Source of the DNA: Lingula anatina
Taxonomy: Eukaryota > Animalia > Brachiopoda
NCBI GenBank assembly: GCA_051362555.1
Contig: CM120646.1
Span: 15,252,001 to 15,316,000 of the forward strand
Direction: 5' to 3'
DNA: 64,000 nt
Below, in pieces: positions 1 through 12,897 of the stretch (positions are counted from its first letter, which is position 1; every line of letters begins with the position of its first letter). Under the pieces are notes generated by a model. That model was not told where the DNA came from. It did no database searches and was given only the letters and a program-made list of their open reading frames with translations. The translations under genes were made by a program, and so were the position numbers.

Positions 1-660
1 AACGGGATTTGTTCAGTAAGCTTGTAAGGCACCTTCGATGTCTCGTTGTCATGTCTTACAGATTCTGATGTTTGCATAACCTGTGCAATGCGTATTTTTG
101 TATGTCCTTTTCCTATCGTTATTTCGATACCATATCAAATTCTGCCACAAAGTACGTTGATTGTGATTTGTGTGCAAATATATTTTGCTAATGAATCCAG
201 GCAGTCCATTCCGTACTGAACACCTGATAGTATAAATATATTGATTTTGAGAAAAGGATCAGGCTTATTTGAGACACTTACCCAGTACCCCAAATATGTC
301 ATTGCTTCCCCTGGAAGGCAATATTGTCATATTCAAAGGAAATAAACAGTTCAATGATATCAGTGTCGTTGTATTTGCAACGTTGTATTTGTTAATTCGA
401 TGTTCATCTATCAAACTTTCGTTCACATTTAAGGTCTTTTCAAGGGCAACATTGCAAAGCCACAGAGTTATACATAATTTGTGATTTTTGTGCGAACGTT
501 TTAATATTTTAATCCAGCGAGATATTTCAGTCTTATAATCAGGTGGCATAAAATCAATATTGCCACATTATAGGATTGTAAACGCCTTAGTTGTGTTATT
601 TATTTGTAACGTAGAGATATAATCTTTATTACTAAATAATTTTTCCAGAAAACACGTCAT
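1..660 (-). pseudogene. Possible degraded coding remnant with weak SGNH/GDSL-like motifs; runs off the window edge
   Basis: The minus frame from ATG 660 reads MTCFLEK...TIL*CGNIDF...RINKYN...GVLG. A 58-nt GT-AG intron (281-224) continues it as GVQYGMDCLDSLAKYI...GRI*YGIEIT... to position 1. Two in-frame stops. The motif resemblance is by eye only. Confidence 0.25.
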
Positions 661-2034
661 GTTCGGATCCCATGGCTAGCACGTTGCTACCACATTTATT
701 ACGTCATAGTCACGGATTAACCACGTGGTACCAACGTGATGTGTTTGTTGGGTTTTCTATTAGTAAAATAGTCACACCTCGGAATTTTTGATAAGCCAAG
801 ATCAATTGCTTGATATGATTAGTTCCAAGTCCGAAATAACATAATAATATTTATAAACGTGATGTGCTTTACATGTACTTTCGTTCTAGGTGAATGACAT
901 TCAACCAACAATGTTATCTGTAGCTGTTGACGAAATTAACGTTTAGAAAATTGTTTTATTTTATGTTTAATTACGGTCACATTCTAACGTGCGGTACGTT
1001 TGATCCAGTCTTCCATCGTCAGTTAATTATATATGATTTATCATGGCAAAATGTCCGTGAAACAACAATGTAGAGATTTTAATCTGCAAAATAATAATTA
1101 AATCACAACTGACACACTGCTGCAATGAAAAGAAAACCATCTTGTGTACCACAGCGATTACTGAACACGTGTTCGTCCGTTGCCTCTTAATTCTTTCAAA
1201 GACGACATTAGCATGCATGCTTGAGCGGTTTCTATTTATTAAAACTGACGGGCATTAATTTAATGGCTATTTAAATCGGAATCGTGTTTTATAAAATATG
1301 AGGTGGTAACTGTAAAATTGATATCGAGGCCGAGAAAATATTAGCAGCAAACGGTGGGCTTGGTTGTACTGGTAGAAGAGGAAAATTAGTTTACGAATTG
1401 GTGAGTTTCCTTCGTTAATTATTTTACAATGAGTAAAGGCAGCGATAGTTTTTCTTTTATGTAAAACTTTAAAAGCACATACGTATTTAAATATGATTTC
1501 ATCTAATGTAAACGTATTCCTTTGACAAGTAATTATTTATCTTAAACGTCTTTTCCCCGAAAATTCAGAAGTCTTTGACTGAGACTCGTCATGCTACAAT
1601 AGTAATCGGGTAGAACGCATAAAAAATCAAATAGTATCTTCTAAATTATAGTGCGCTTCGGATGAAAAGTACTCGCCAATTATACCATTCATATATCGAT
1701 CAGTGCCCATATTTCTGGTATATGGCTTACACACTGATATGGAAATGTTTCCATTTCGTGATATAAGACAGAGAGATAAGGTTAATAAAGAAAAACCACG
1801 TCCTTAAGTGTAGAACTTTATTTTGCAACAGTGCACACCACGTTGTATATTTTATGTCAAAATATGCAGATCAATAAAATGGAGACGGTTATGATTAGTG
1901 GTGATGTTAACGAGAATCACGGATGCAAAGACTCAAATCTTATTCTTATCATACAAGTCGTTAGTGTATCTTTGTCACGCCACATAACGATCGATGCAAC
2001 TATTTTCTATCTCAAGGTTTTCAGAGCCAAAAAG

Positions 2035-5000
2035 ATGCGAATTCTACAATCGTGTAGCGTACTCTTAGCGGTGTGTTATACTTCTCTGGCACGTAAGTAA
2101 AATTAAGTCTTTAAAGTCTTTTACTAATTCAATGGCAGATTTAAGGGGGTGTCAGGGGGGTCCTGATCCCCCCCCCCCCCCCCCCCCCTCCTTCGGTTTC
2201 TGCAAAAAGAAATTCCACACTAATACTCCCCTCTTGATATTAGAATTTTGAAGAGCTGAATCATAGTTCTAAACTGCACCAAATGGCACCGTTTGTCCTC
2301 CAAAACACCGCACCACACAACAAGGGGGCAAGGGTCGGCTTCGCATCCGAGGCCTGGTATGGACCCCCTCCTCCTTCAAATAATTGATCCGCCCCTGTTA
2401 ATTGATTTTACTTAAACATTGAGTGGTCCACGGGGCACAGGAGTACGTGTCTATACTACGTCCATTCTTTACAAACCCAAATAGTGGACGTTTCAGAAAA
2501 CGGCAGCAATTAGATGTAGCAGTGGGCATCACTGATTTTTAATATACTGCTTCATTTTGAGCTATATAGAAATTGCCCAAGATAAATAAATCAGAATTAA
2601 AAATGTGAATAAGCATTATATTTACTATATCACGAAAGTAATCAATCCTTTTATTCCATTTTTCTTTCAGAAACATGCACTCGTCCTTGTCCTGCAGGGG
2701 GTGTCAGTCAGACCACCCAGTGTGGGTGCACCACCCCAGGGGGTCTGGTGACACCCATCACTAAAACCGCCGCCAAGAGCAGGTGCGACCTTCTCACGGG
2801 CGGCTGGACGTTGCCGACGTTCACCACGGCGCAGTGTATTGCGGCTCACGCTTTCACTCTGTTGATCTATGCTGCAACAGGTAAAGTTTTATGAAAACTG
2901 ACAAAATATCATGCACGTTTATTGTATTTACTTTAATCTCTATTCTTTCTTCAATCTACTTATTTCATCATTATTGGGATTAGTTTTTTCTTTTATGATT
3001 TTTTTTCTTTTGTCCAGTTTGTTTTAGAATATTTCCCTCATCAAATATCTCAAGTATTACTTTTGCGCACAGACACCGATAAACTGTAAAGCTCCTTTCC
3101 CCTTCTATTCTTTATCAATCCGAGATGGTTTACTAGTATGTGTGATCATTACAGGGGAGTTTTGGACCGACGGAGTGGTCACCAACATTCAGGGGAGCAC
3201 TTTCACGATTTCCTTTGCTTCTACTGGTAAGAAAGGCTGTTAACGACCATTACTGATTTAAACCATGTTATAGAGAAATGAGTGCGTATAATATACTAGA
3301 TACGCCATTTATGTTCTTGACTGATACATGTAGTCCTTAAATTTACACAATAATTCATACTTTATGGGACATTGCCACTGAACAACTTGTTCCTGTATAA
3401 ACAGGTGGATAATTTTTAAAATTAAAATTTAAGACTCTATAGCGTTGTTCAAGTAAGTCCTCATTTGGCGAGGTGTCAAGTAACACTGATAAAATTATGA
3501 ACGTTAAAGAGTTTTAAACTCTTTCGTCGCCTAATGTTTGTGTTCCAATTAGGGTGCGATTTATATCTGAGTGACTGATGTCGAAATTGGGAAGTCCCAT
3601 TATCAATTTGACCATTGCTAACAACTTCATATCCATGTTAATGCGAAGAAACAATTGGCTGGTTCATTAACCGCCAGTATCTGTATATGACTTGCAATAA
3701 GTTGTACCACATCACAGGATTATGGTTAAAAGGAACATCTTTAGAGGCTGACAATGCAACATGCACCTCAGTGGATCAGTGTTACCTCGACCATGCACTT
3801 AATCAAATGTAGATGTCCAAAAACACATTTGTGTCTCCTTGATCTAAGTTGATTCAAGTAATAGGACATACCAGTTAAAAGAATAGAACAAACTCAAGTA
3901 TGATGTTCGAAATTTGGCCGTAGACCGTCGCCATAAATTAACGTTTGACTACGCCAAACTTCCCTTTGATTACCCTGCACCGTATGCCCTGCCTTTTTTA
4001 AAATACCTGCAGTAACTCCAGAGAGCGGCTACTCTTTTGAAATCGCCCCTTAGGACCATTGTCCAGTCCCATGGTGGACATTTGCGGTCAGTCGACCCGG
4101 GCACTTTATGCAAGCTGGGGACTCCCATTCAGAGGTGTGGTAACTCCTCAGCTTAAGCACCCATTTAATTTATAACGGCTATTTTAATATCAATGACAGG
4201 CACACCTGTGCGACTTCCGCTTTAGAGGTTTAATTTTTATCGACGTATGTTAAATGTTGTTTAAAATAGTATCATGAAATGTTAATTATCGGTTATAAGA
4301 GTACAGTTTCACAGTAAGAATAAATGAAATAAAATAATTTCATCATGGCGTGTGTGGATATTTTAAAACTTGAAACATCACGCTGTCCACCATCTTGCCT
4401 AAACCACACCATGAGTGTGAGACTTTTCTATAGCAAAAACGTCTTGAACGCTTCACGTGTGCCTTAAGTAGCACTTTTTTTTTTACTATATTACCTATGG
4501 TCTTATTATTTAAGTCTGGAGTAACGCTGACCGACGTTTTGAAAAATTCGTTCTGCGAGCTGTCGCGCGCCCCATATAACAGTCAGTAGAAGCGCAACTA
4601 TATCAAATACATTGTGAAATGGATTTTTTGGCTCATTTTTCAGGTCAGTGATTACTTTCTTTTAGTGTATTTGCACAAACCTATCACACACCGAAGTGGG
4701 CTAATGTTTTTTTAGTCATCTATAGACAAATGCTCGGTTCTGGCTACTTTTGTGAAACTGGCCCAGAACGTACATTTATTTGCTTTTATCTTTGTCTTTT
4801 TAGGAGAAACCGCCACGTTGAGCACCGGTCTTCAGCTTATAAACCAGCCATATGTTACATCCTGTGTCATTATTACAGTTATCGGGGTAAGTCTTTTTTC
4901 ATTTGATTGTTTGTTTGTTTGTTCTGCTAATATAAAACAAAGGCTATTTTTTGCAAAGTGTAATTAAGACCGCTAGGAATGCTTACCTTTGGCAGCTTGG

Positions 5001-8000
5001 CCTTTAGGTTTAAGGATCTTTTTATTCAGACAGACTTTTGTATAGGCCTACTCTTCCTTTTTTTCAGATCCTATGTTTATATATTTATAGCACGACGGGA
5101 AGTTTTTCTTTATATTATATTAATTCACTGCTCGTTGTCTTAGTTTAACCTTTACAACTTCAACACAGATTATTTTCTTAAGCTATTTTCATGTCTGTGG
5201 GAATTTACTACAGAAGTAGGTATAATTAGAATTTTTCACGTCAAATATTATTATCGTTTCTACAGGGTTCGAACCCAAGTCTGGGGTTGAAGTTCGTGGA
5301 CTGTATGTCCCAGGCGGGATCGTTTTGTTCTACCCCCTGCAACTCGGCCTCTGTGACCACTCCCCTGACTACACCACAAACCTCACGTAAGACATACTGG
5401 AATAAAATTCTCAGAGCATAGTGGACTTAATATCCGCCTTCGGTCTCTTAGCTCATCAGCCTTTTAATTTTTCTTAGTTTATGGTCCCTTTTATAGCGTT
5501 TAATGTTTGGCAGAAGAAAGGCCACTTCGTGTCACCCAAGTCTTTTCTTGTTAACTTGAAATTACGTAATGATTTTAATATGCAAAAGGAAAGAAAAATA
5601 TTTGTCAAAGTTTTCAAGAAAATGAACATCACAATTCTCCAAATTTTCTTTATAACGTGTGAGTGCGTGCGTATATGAATAACACCTTTATAGAAAGAAA
5701 CCCGCCTTTGAAGAAGCAGTTTGTAAGGCCAAGTTTACAAGTTTCAAACACCCGCTGCGTCACTGAATTCGCGATTAACTAACATTTGGGCTATCCATTG
5801 TCCAAGGCATTTTCCTTTCTTTAATTTTACAGAATGTTTGTCGTGCAAGGCCCCCTTTCACGCACTGGGTCCCACATCATCATGTGGCTGTAACTCGTGG
5901 CCTCAGCAGTGGGCCCTCAAACGCCAGAGCGCCATCTATCATTGCTACGCTAAGTTGGGCGGAGTCCTCCCCAGGTGGGCTTCCATAGACTGTCTTAAAA
6001 GGTTTGGAGAACTTTACAAACTTATGTATGCAAACGGTGAGTCTTACTTTAATATCTTTGTTATATGGTGGGCATTTGTAGGTGGGCATTTGTAAGTCTT
6101 GAACACACCCACATGCCATGCACACACAGAGATAGAAAATGGTCAGTAGGCCTATTATGCATGCCCAACTTTGCATTTTTTTTCATCGGCAAAGTATTGT
6201 TGAACCATTAATTACAATCAAACCATTATCGGATCGCTGATTTTAAAAAGTTGTAAGTTCACGGGAAATGTCACAAATAACGAAACCACTGAACATGTAA
6301 TTTTTGTCTATTTAGGCTATATACAGCAACGGCACTTTAGCCCATGGTCTTAGTTAAAACCAAGATATAAAGTGTTCATGTTAAATGAGCTTCACAGCCT
6401 GAACATTTATGATGTGTTCATAAATCAGATATATAATTTTTTTTCAACAGTTCAGGTGACTCTGAGTTTCAACACATTTTGGACCTCTGGAGTCGTTGCA
6501 TCTGTATCGGGATCATCATATACCGTTCGATTTGATGATGGTAGGTGTATTTATAATTTTATTTTATTCAAGTTTTTTTAATCATCAACGTGCAGTTAAG
6601 GTGTATCAGAATAAATTATTTTGCGAAATCAACCAAGAAATATGGTCGATCCAAAAACAGAGCCTTCAGGTTTTTTAAAACTTGAATTGAACTGAATATA
6701 CAATGTGTACTCGAAGAAGTTATCCGATTTATCAATCACAGAATTTGCCAATTATCGCTTTAAGTGTAAAATTAAGGGAAATACTTTTGTTCGCAGGATC
6801 CGTCATTACGATGACAACTGGTCAGTTCCCTGTGGAAAACAGCCCAATCGTGAATGACTGCGTTTTCTACGTGTACGACCCGCAGAATCAACTTTACTTT
6901 GGAAAACTAAAATTTGGAGATTGCACAACCTCTGTTCAGCGCGTGTTTTGCCACTGGCCTTGTAACGGCGTCGTCCCCACTGCAACGCCACCTGTGACCG
7001 TAACTCCCCCTGTCGGAATAACGACGACTGCGGCGCCTACCACGACATGTCCCTGGTACAATCCTTTCTGTTCGACAACTAGCAGTAGTACTCCAACACC
7101 CTGCCCTTGGTACAACCCCAATTGTGCAGCAACTACAACTACACAAACACCCTGCCCGTGGTACAACCCCAACTGTGCAGCAACTACAACTACACAAACA
7201 CCCTGCCCGTGGTACAACCCTAATTGTGCAGCGACTACAACTACACAAACCCCGTGCCCGTGGTACAACCCGAACTGTGGCACGACATCGACGGCAAGCC
7301 CCACGAGTCCATGCCCCTGGTGGCAGACTAATTGCGCCACAACGCCATCTCCAGCCACGACGCAAACACCGTGTCCTTGGTACAACCCATACTGCGCCAC
7401 CAGCACCACCACGAGCAGCACACCGACGCAGCCTTGCCCTTGGTGGCAAACCAATTGCGGACCGGTCACGCCTACAACTACCACCCCCTCCCCCGCCACC
7501 ACTTCAACCACCTGTTGCCGTTGCCCATGCAATTTCGAGAAATTTGGCCGCAGCTGTTATTACTATGACAGCAATGCCAATACCATCAGTGGAGCCTACA
7601 GCAGGTGCTCCACCTTCTCCACCGCAGGGGCCGTGGCCCATTTGGTCGAAATAAATGACAACTTGGAGTTCTTCTTCCTGCATTTGCTCAGGAATAAAAA
7701 AGGTAATGAAAATCCACTTCACAGAATCTATTTGATATATGTATTTAAGTTTCTGCATTGAAGATTTCGTCGCCTTAACCGGTCAAACCATATTGTTGTT
7801 CAGCTTCAAAATTTGATTTTGATTTTTGCAATAAACGCCGAACAAAAAGGTCGTGATTTTGAAATAAATATATACGAATGGTATACCACAGTTAACACAA
7901 AAAACGTTTTACAAGAAACGCTTAACAGAAAACTGACACCTCAATTGATAAGAAAACAAAAACTCCATACAGTGAAATAATATGTATATTATTTTTACTT

Positions 8001-8273
8001 ATATTTCAACCCGCAGGTGCTCAGGGAGACCATATCTGGACTGCGGGAGTTAATGCCCCTCAGACGAACAATGCGTGGGTATGGTCCTTCAGTAACACCC
8101 CTTTCACCCAGACCCCCCTTCACTGGGCTCCAGGTAGACCGATCAACATGAACGCCGCTATGAAGTTAAGGCAGGTGCCACAAACAGGCCAACTGGAGTA
8201 TTATGACGTGCCAGTGTCATCTGGAGAAACCGCCAAGGCTGTCTGCGAGCTAGAATTGCAATCAGGGTGCTAA
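2035..8273 (+). CDS. Secreted multi-domain C-type-lectin-fold protein (signal peptide, two divergent CTLD-like domains, Thr-rich CPWYNPxC repeat stalk, C-terminal CTLD), about 666 aa
   Basis: Exons 2035-2092, 2671-2880, 3155-3226, 4804-4886, 5266-5386, 5833-6036, 6451-6540, 6797-7702, 8017-8273. All GT-AG and phase-consistent; total 2001 nt ending TAA. Signal peptide MRILQSCSVLLAVCYTSLA. The C-terminal domain has CTLD hallmarks (FGRSCYYY, HLVEIND, IWTAG, WVWS, WAPGRP, VCE). AATAAA near 8481 and 8682. Confidence 0.85.
2130..2397. mobile_element. Non-autonomous DNA transposon (MITE) with CAGGGGCGGAT-type termini
   Basis: Starts caatggcagattta and ends gatccgcccctg; same terminal motif as the element at 53691-53858. 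Confidence 0.5.
7048..7458 (+). repeat. Coding tandem repeat: 8 x CPW(Y/W)(NP/QT)xC separated by Thr/Ser/Pro linkers (core unit 51 bp)
   Basis: Read directly in ORF 6703..7761: CPWYNPFC, CPWYNPNC x4, CPWWQTNC, CPWYNPYC, CPWWQTNC. Confidence 0.95.
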
Positions 8274-10734
8274 AGAAAAAAAATTCACATCTTCATTGGA
8301 CATTTTTTTGTTTTATTAGCTCGTGAGAAGACATATTTCAGTATTTCATAGTGTTTCTGACTGAAAACATCGTATTAGTCCCAGAGTCACTAAACTTTAT
8401 TTCTAGTGCATGCTAGACATAAAAGTTAAACGGGTATTATTGTATTAAAACATAAATAATAATGGCCAATGGGGGGTATAAATAAATGTGTGCATTAGCC
8501 TAAACTATCAACATTTATTGCTCATCAAAGATTTCAGGGATACTATATAATCCAATCACCGGTGTATATATCTGACTTTGCTGCATGTTGCCTATGCATT
8601 TTAAACTTTAAAACCGTTCAGCGTATATACATGTTTTCTCTGAAATCAACATTTATTTATCTGTATTAAAGTTGTTGAGCGAATAAAGATGTAACTGAAC
8701 ATTACTTACTCTGTTTCATTATTTGTTAGTATTAACGAGTTTTAACCCTCTCTATAAGCTGAAAAGAAACCAATTAAATTAGCAAGATATTGAAGAGATT
8801 TTTAAAGGAGATTGAAAATTCACGAGACGTGCCAAAAAAGATTGGAAATCAAAATCACACGTTGCGCTGAATAAGGGTACGTTAATTCAACATCCTTGAG
8901 TTTTTCGGCGCCTGTAGACATATGCATCTTTCACAGCATGTACATGTAATTCCTTTTTACTTCTGATTCACTTAGGTTTACAGGACGTTCCAAAAGAAGC
9001 AACAAAATTTATTTTGTAGGCAAAATCAACTTGAAATGAATTTTGCGTAGAATAATTTTACTATTCTCTCTACTCAAGGGTTTGAAAGGCGTGCGTGATA
9101 CGTTAGACGTGCATCAGTTACACAGGACAATGTCCGTGCAGGCAGACACCATTAATGCAACCTCATCGGCTTGCGGGTTTTCTGTAATAACATTGGGTCA
9201 ATAGAATAGGTTTTATTATCACTTATAAAACCATTAGTTGTTGAAACGCAGGTGACAGAACTGCATATAATTGATATTCAAACTGTTTTGGTTACTGTGT
9301 AACTGTAAAACCTTTAACAAACAGTGCACGGGACTTTGGGGTGAATAAAAATGTACAATTAGTGAATTATTTAGTTGACCTTGTGCTTTTCCTTTACTTG
9401 GTTATCATGATATTACCGGCTTCTTAACTGAACATATTCCATAGTAGTAATTTTTAACACCACAGCTTCATAAATAGTTACATCTATTCCTTGCATTTCC
9501 ACGTAGGGCGAAAATAGAATATGAGCAAGGTAATTCCCAAATCACAAAACATATAATATACGAGTTATTAACCCAGCTTTCTTTTTACAAAAGCTATGTC
9601 TTAAAGAAAAAAGTACAATTAAATACAGGAAAAACAACTCACCCTAGTGCTGTATCTTTCAGATTATTAGTAACAATTAAAATTCAAAAGGCCTGTGCTA
9701 TTCAAACATTGCTAATGTCTCAAAACCTACCTTCCTTTACCCAGCAGTTGAACGTTACTCATATGACATAGGAATTACGAATATCATTTATGAACATATC
9801 ATAAAAAGTTCAGATTGTGTATGAATGCGATAATCACCAAAAACAACCTATAAGTAAATGAATGATTGGGCAAAGTCAACATATACTGAACTTTTTTCCT
9901 AGAATCAGTAGGAATATTCCAAAAGCATAATGGAGATTCTGTTAAATACAGTCTCTTAGTATATGGTCTCTATAAATGAAACAATAAATGCTTAGTAGAG
10001 GAGGGGAACCAATACAAATCATAGTAAGAATATACACACTTTGAAATAGCTCATAGGGCAACAAATCACAAGACAATTTCACTGTGAAATGACCACACCT
10101 TACATTTCAAAGTCAACTCCGTTATTAATGTATTCTATCGGACAAGACATATTCGGTTTCAAAAACACGATCGTGACCCATGACGAACATGATACAAAAG
10201 TCTCCAAGTCCAGATGTGGCCATAAACATAATTTGTTTAGCATGGTCAAAGACATTAACACCCCATAAGAATTTATTACTTTCCGCAAGAGCGAACGCAT
10301 TGGAATTGTCCGAAAAATAGCCCAAAAACTTAAACGACCCAACAAAATACTGTCATGAAATAACCATTACACTCAGCGTGTATTTTGTGTGCGCATGATT
10401 ATTAGTTCATTAAGTGCCTTCCCAAAGACAGTTCAGAAAAGCTATCCGCAAGAAGAAGTCCCGAAGAAATACCAAATATTTTCTGGTAGGTTTTTTCTCA
10501 TTTTATCTACCACAAAGTCAACAACAACAATTTCGGTACCGATTACATTGTAATGTATTATTAAATGTGGATGATAAAGCAATGTAGATGTTGAAGAACG
10601 GAGATCTTGAAACTAATTTAAATTCAATGACTGGCACAGGCATATATATATATGCACTTGGTGCCTTGGTAGAGCTGGAAACGAATAATAATAATAATCT
10701 GTTTGTTATTTCCCAGCAACTCAAGTAATCAGTC

Positions 10735-12897
10735 ATGTATGCCTTTGCCATTGGGATATTTTGGATGTTTTTCACGTCTTCCTCTGCACAAAGTAAGTCT
10801 AGTGGCACGTTATAGTGTATAGAATATAGCATAATCACCAAGAAAGAAAAATAGGCTTAGGCCTACAAGTGTTTATAGTATTTACATATAAATTATCCTG
10901 GCTTTATCTTTCAATCATTAGTCTAGGTATATAATTATACAAATTTTTATTTGCAATTATCAGTTTATATAAGTGTCCACTCCTTCACTCTTTTTTTTTA
11001 TTGGTTACATGGGATATTTTCAGACTGCCAGCAATGCCCAGAGCCATTTAAGGCCATCCCGGGTGACAACTGTGGCTGCCTAAGCGGCCCTGAGTTGGGG
11101 ACCTTCAACATAGCGGACGGTAACAACTTTTGTATAACGAATAGGCAAGCGACACTACCAGTCTTCAATAATCTAGAGTGTCTACACACTGTCTGGAAGC
11201 TGTTTATGAAAGGTACGTAACCTGCCAGTAGGGCCTATTTACATAGACCTGTGGCCAGCCATTTAAACGTTTCTTTACCTGAAAAGAAAATTGCCCTTTT
11301 TTACTGTTTGTTCTGTTAATAACGAATTCCTTCAACTGACCCAACTTAAACATGTACACAACACCTGGATAAACTGTTGATTCAGTGCGAACTTTTTAAG
11401 CCCAAAAGAGCGGTTCGTCAGAACCCTTCAATCCCCTTCTGGCCTGTAACATGTAAGTAATAATGTTTACATAACGGTGCACAGAATGTGGCCATACTGG
11501 TACATTTTCGACAGTTCACCAAACATAAACCTTTCAATATTCTCTTTCAGTCAATTCTGGGAGCTCCTCAGCACCAAAAACGACATATTATCCAATACTA
11601 GGCAAAGTGACCAGTGTAGACTCAGTGTCGCCCCCTATGGTCACAATCGGTTGGATGACTGGTAAGTGTTTATTTATTTGTTTTTGTTTTTTAATTGTTA
11701 TTATTAATATTATTATTATTATTATTATTATTATTTTGCAGCCATGGGCCTGGACAAATATAACGAATACGCCACATACAAAGTTTTATACCATTTGCAT
11801 TTATTTTTGGGTTATTCAGACCTTTGAAAAAGATATCTATAACCTGGAATTTCAAAAGTATTCATTCACTGATGCTTAAGATCACTGAAATCAATTTTAG
11901 GGGGAAGTTTGCAATTAACATCCGCTAAGGACATCATCTTCCACAACTTTCCCAAGAAAGACTTCTGCGTATTCCTGGTGTACGACTCCAAACCCATCAG
12001 GTACGGCATCCGCTTGGGTTTCAAAGCCTGTGACAGCCTTATGAAATACCCTATCGTCTGCCACCGCTCATGCACACCAGATGGCGCTCCTATGGAACGA
12101 ATTTTGCCGTTCACAATTTTTCCGCCAGTTACAACACCATCGTCTGCGGCGTGTTGCCAGTGTCCTTGCAACTGGGACAAATTGGGCAGTAGTTGTTATC
12201 GCTACAACCCAGCCAAGGCGGACTTCCAGACGCACTACGCCGCATGTAACAGCCAGCGGTTTCTTCCCTCCCAAGCCAGCTCCACCGCCCCCGCACACCT
12301 CATAAGTGTTAACGATGTTGACGAAGCGCTAATGGTCCAACTTATGCGAGCCAAATACGGTAAAAATAGAGCCATAGCTTTCTTGCGTGTTTTACAGTCA
12401 ACTTTTTAAACTCGTAATTTATAACAATTTATAATATATTATCGGTTTGTAAGACATTATCACAGGTGTTTCACCTTTACTATAATGTCAGGGTAGTCCT
12501 ATAGATAATCCTTAGGAAAGCTAATTTATATAGGTAGGCCTAACTATTTAATTCAGTGCTGTAGTGTCCAAATTTACATATTTGCTTTCACTGAACGCGG
12601 TTCTTCGCGGTTACTCACCTTATCTGGTAAATAACGCTTCCTATCCTAGGTGACTCAACCTCCCTTGTATGGACAGACGGCAATGACTTTGCCCAAGAGG
12701 GAATATGGCGGTGGACCAGTAGCAACATGGTGATCCCCTCCTCTCTCCTGGCCTCATTTTGGGCTCAGGGCCGACCGCTTGGGGGAGCAAATGACTACGA
12801 CTTCCTAGCTGTCCAACCCGACGGGAGATGGATAGACGGTCTTTCTCAGACCATTGGTCAGGGGATCTGCGAGCTGGACCTTCCGGTGGGATGTTAA
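10735..12897 (+). CDS. Secreted C-type-lectin-fold protein, paralog of the upstream gene (signal peptide, one divergent CTLD-like domain, C-terminal CTLD), about 354 aa
   Basis: Exons 10735-10792, 11024-11212, 11551-11661, 11901-12359, 12650-12897; 1065 nt, phase-consistent, TAA stop. Signal peptide MYAFAIGIFWMFFTSSSA. CTLD motifs LGSSCYRY, HLISVND, VWTDG, EGIWRW, WAQGRP, WID, ICE. AATAAA near 12968. Confidence 0.85.

Noticed and set aside
3560-4260. GC-richer intronic block in lectin gene 1 as an extra exon
   Set aside because: No phase-compatible, lectin-like exon found; the flanking exons already join in frame. Probably an old repeat remnant.
6907-7758. Overlapping alternative-frame and antisense ORFs (180, 198, 176 aa)
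   Set aside because: Shadows of the GC-rich repetitive lectin exon.
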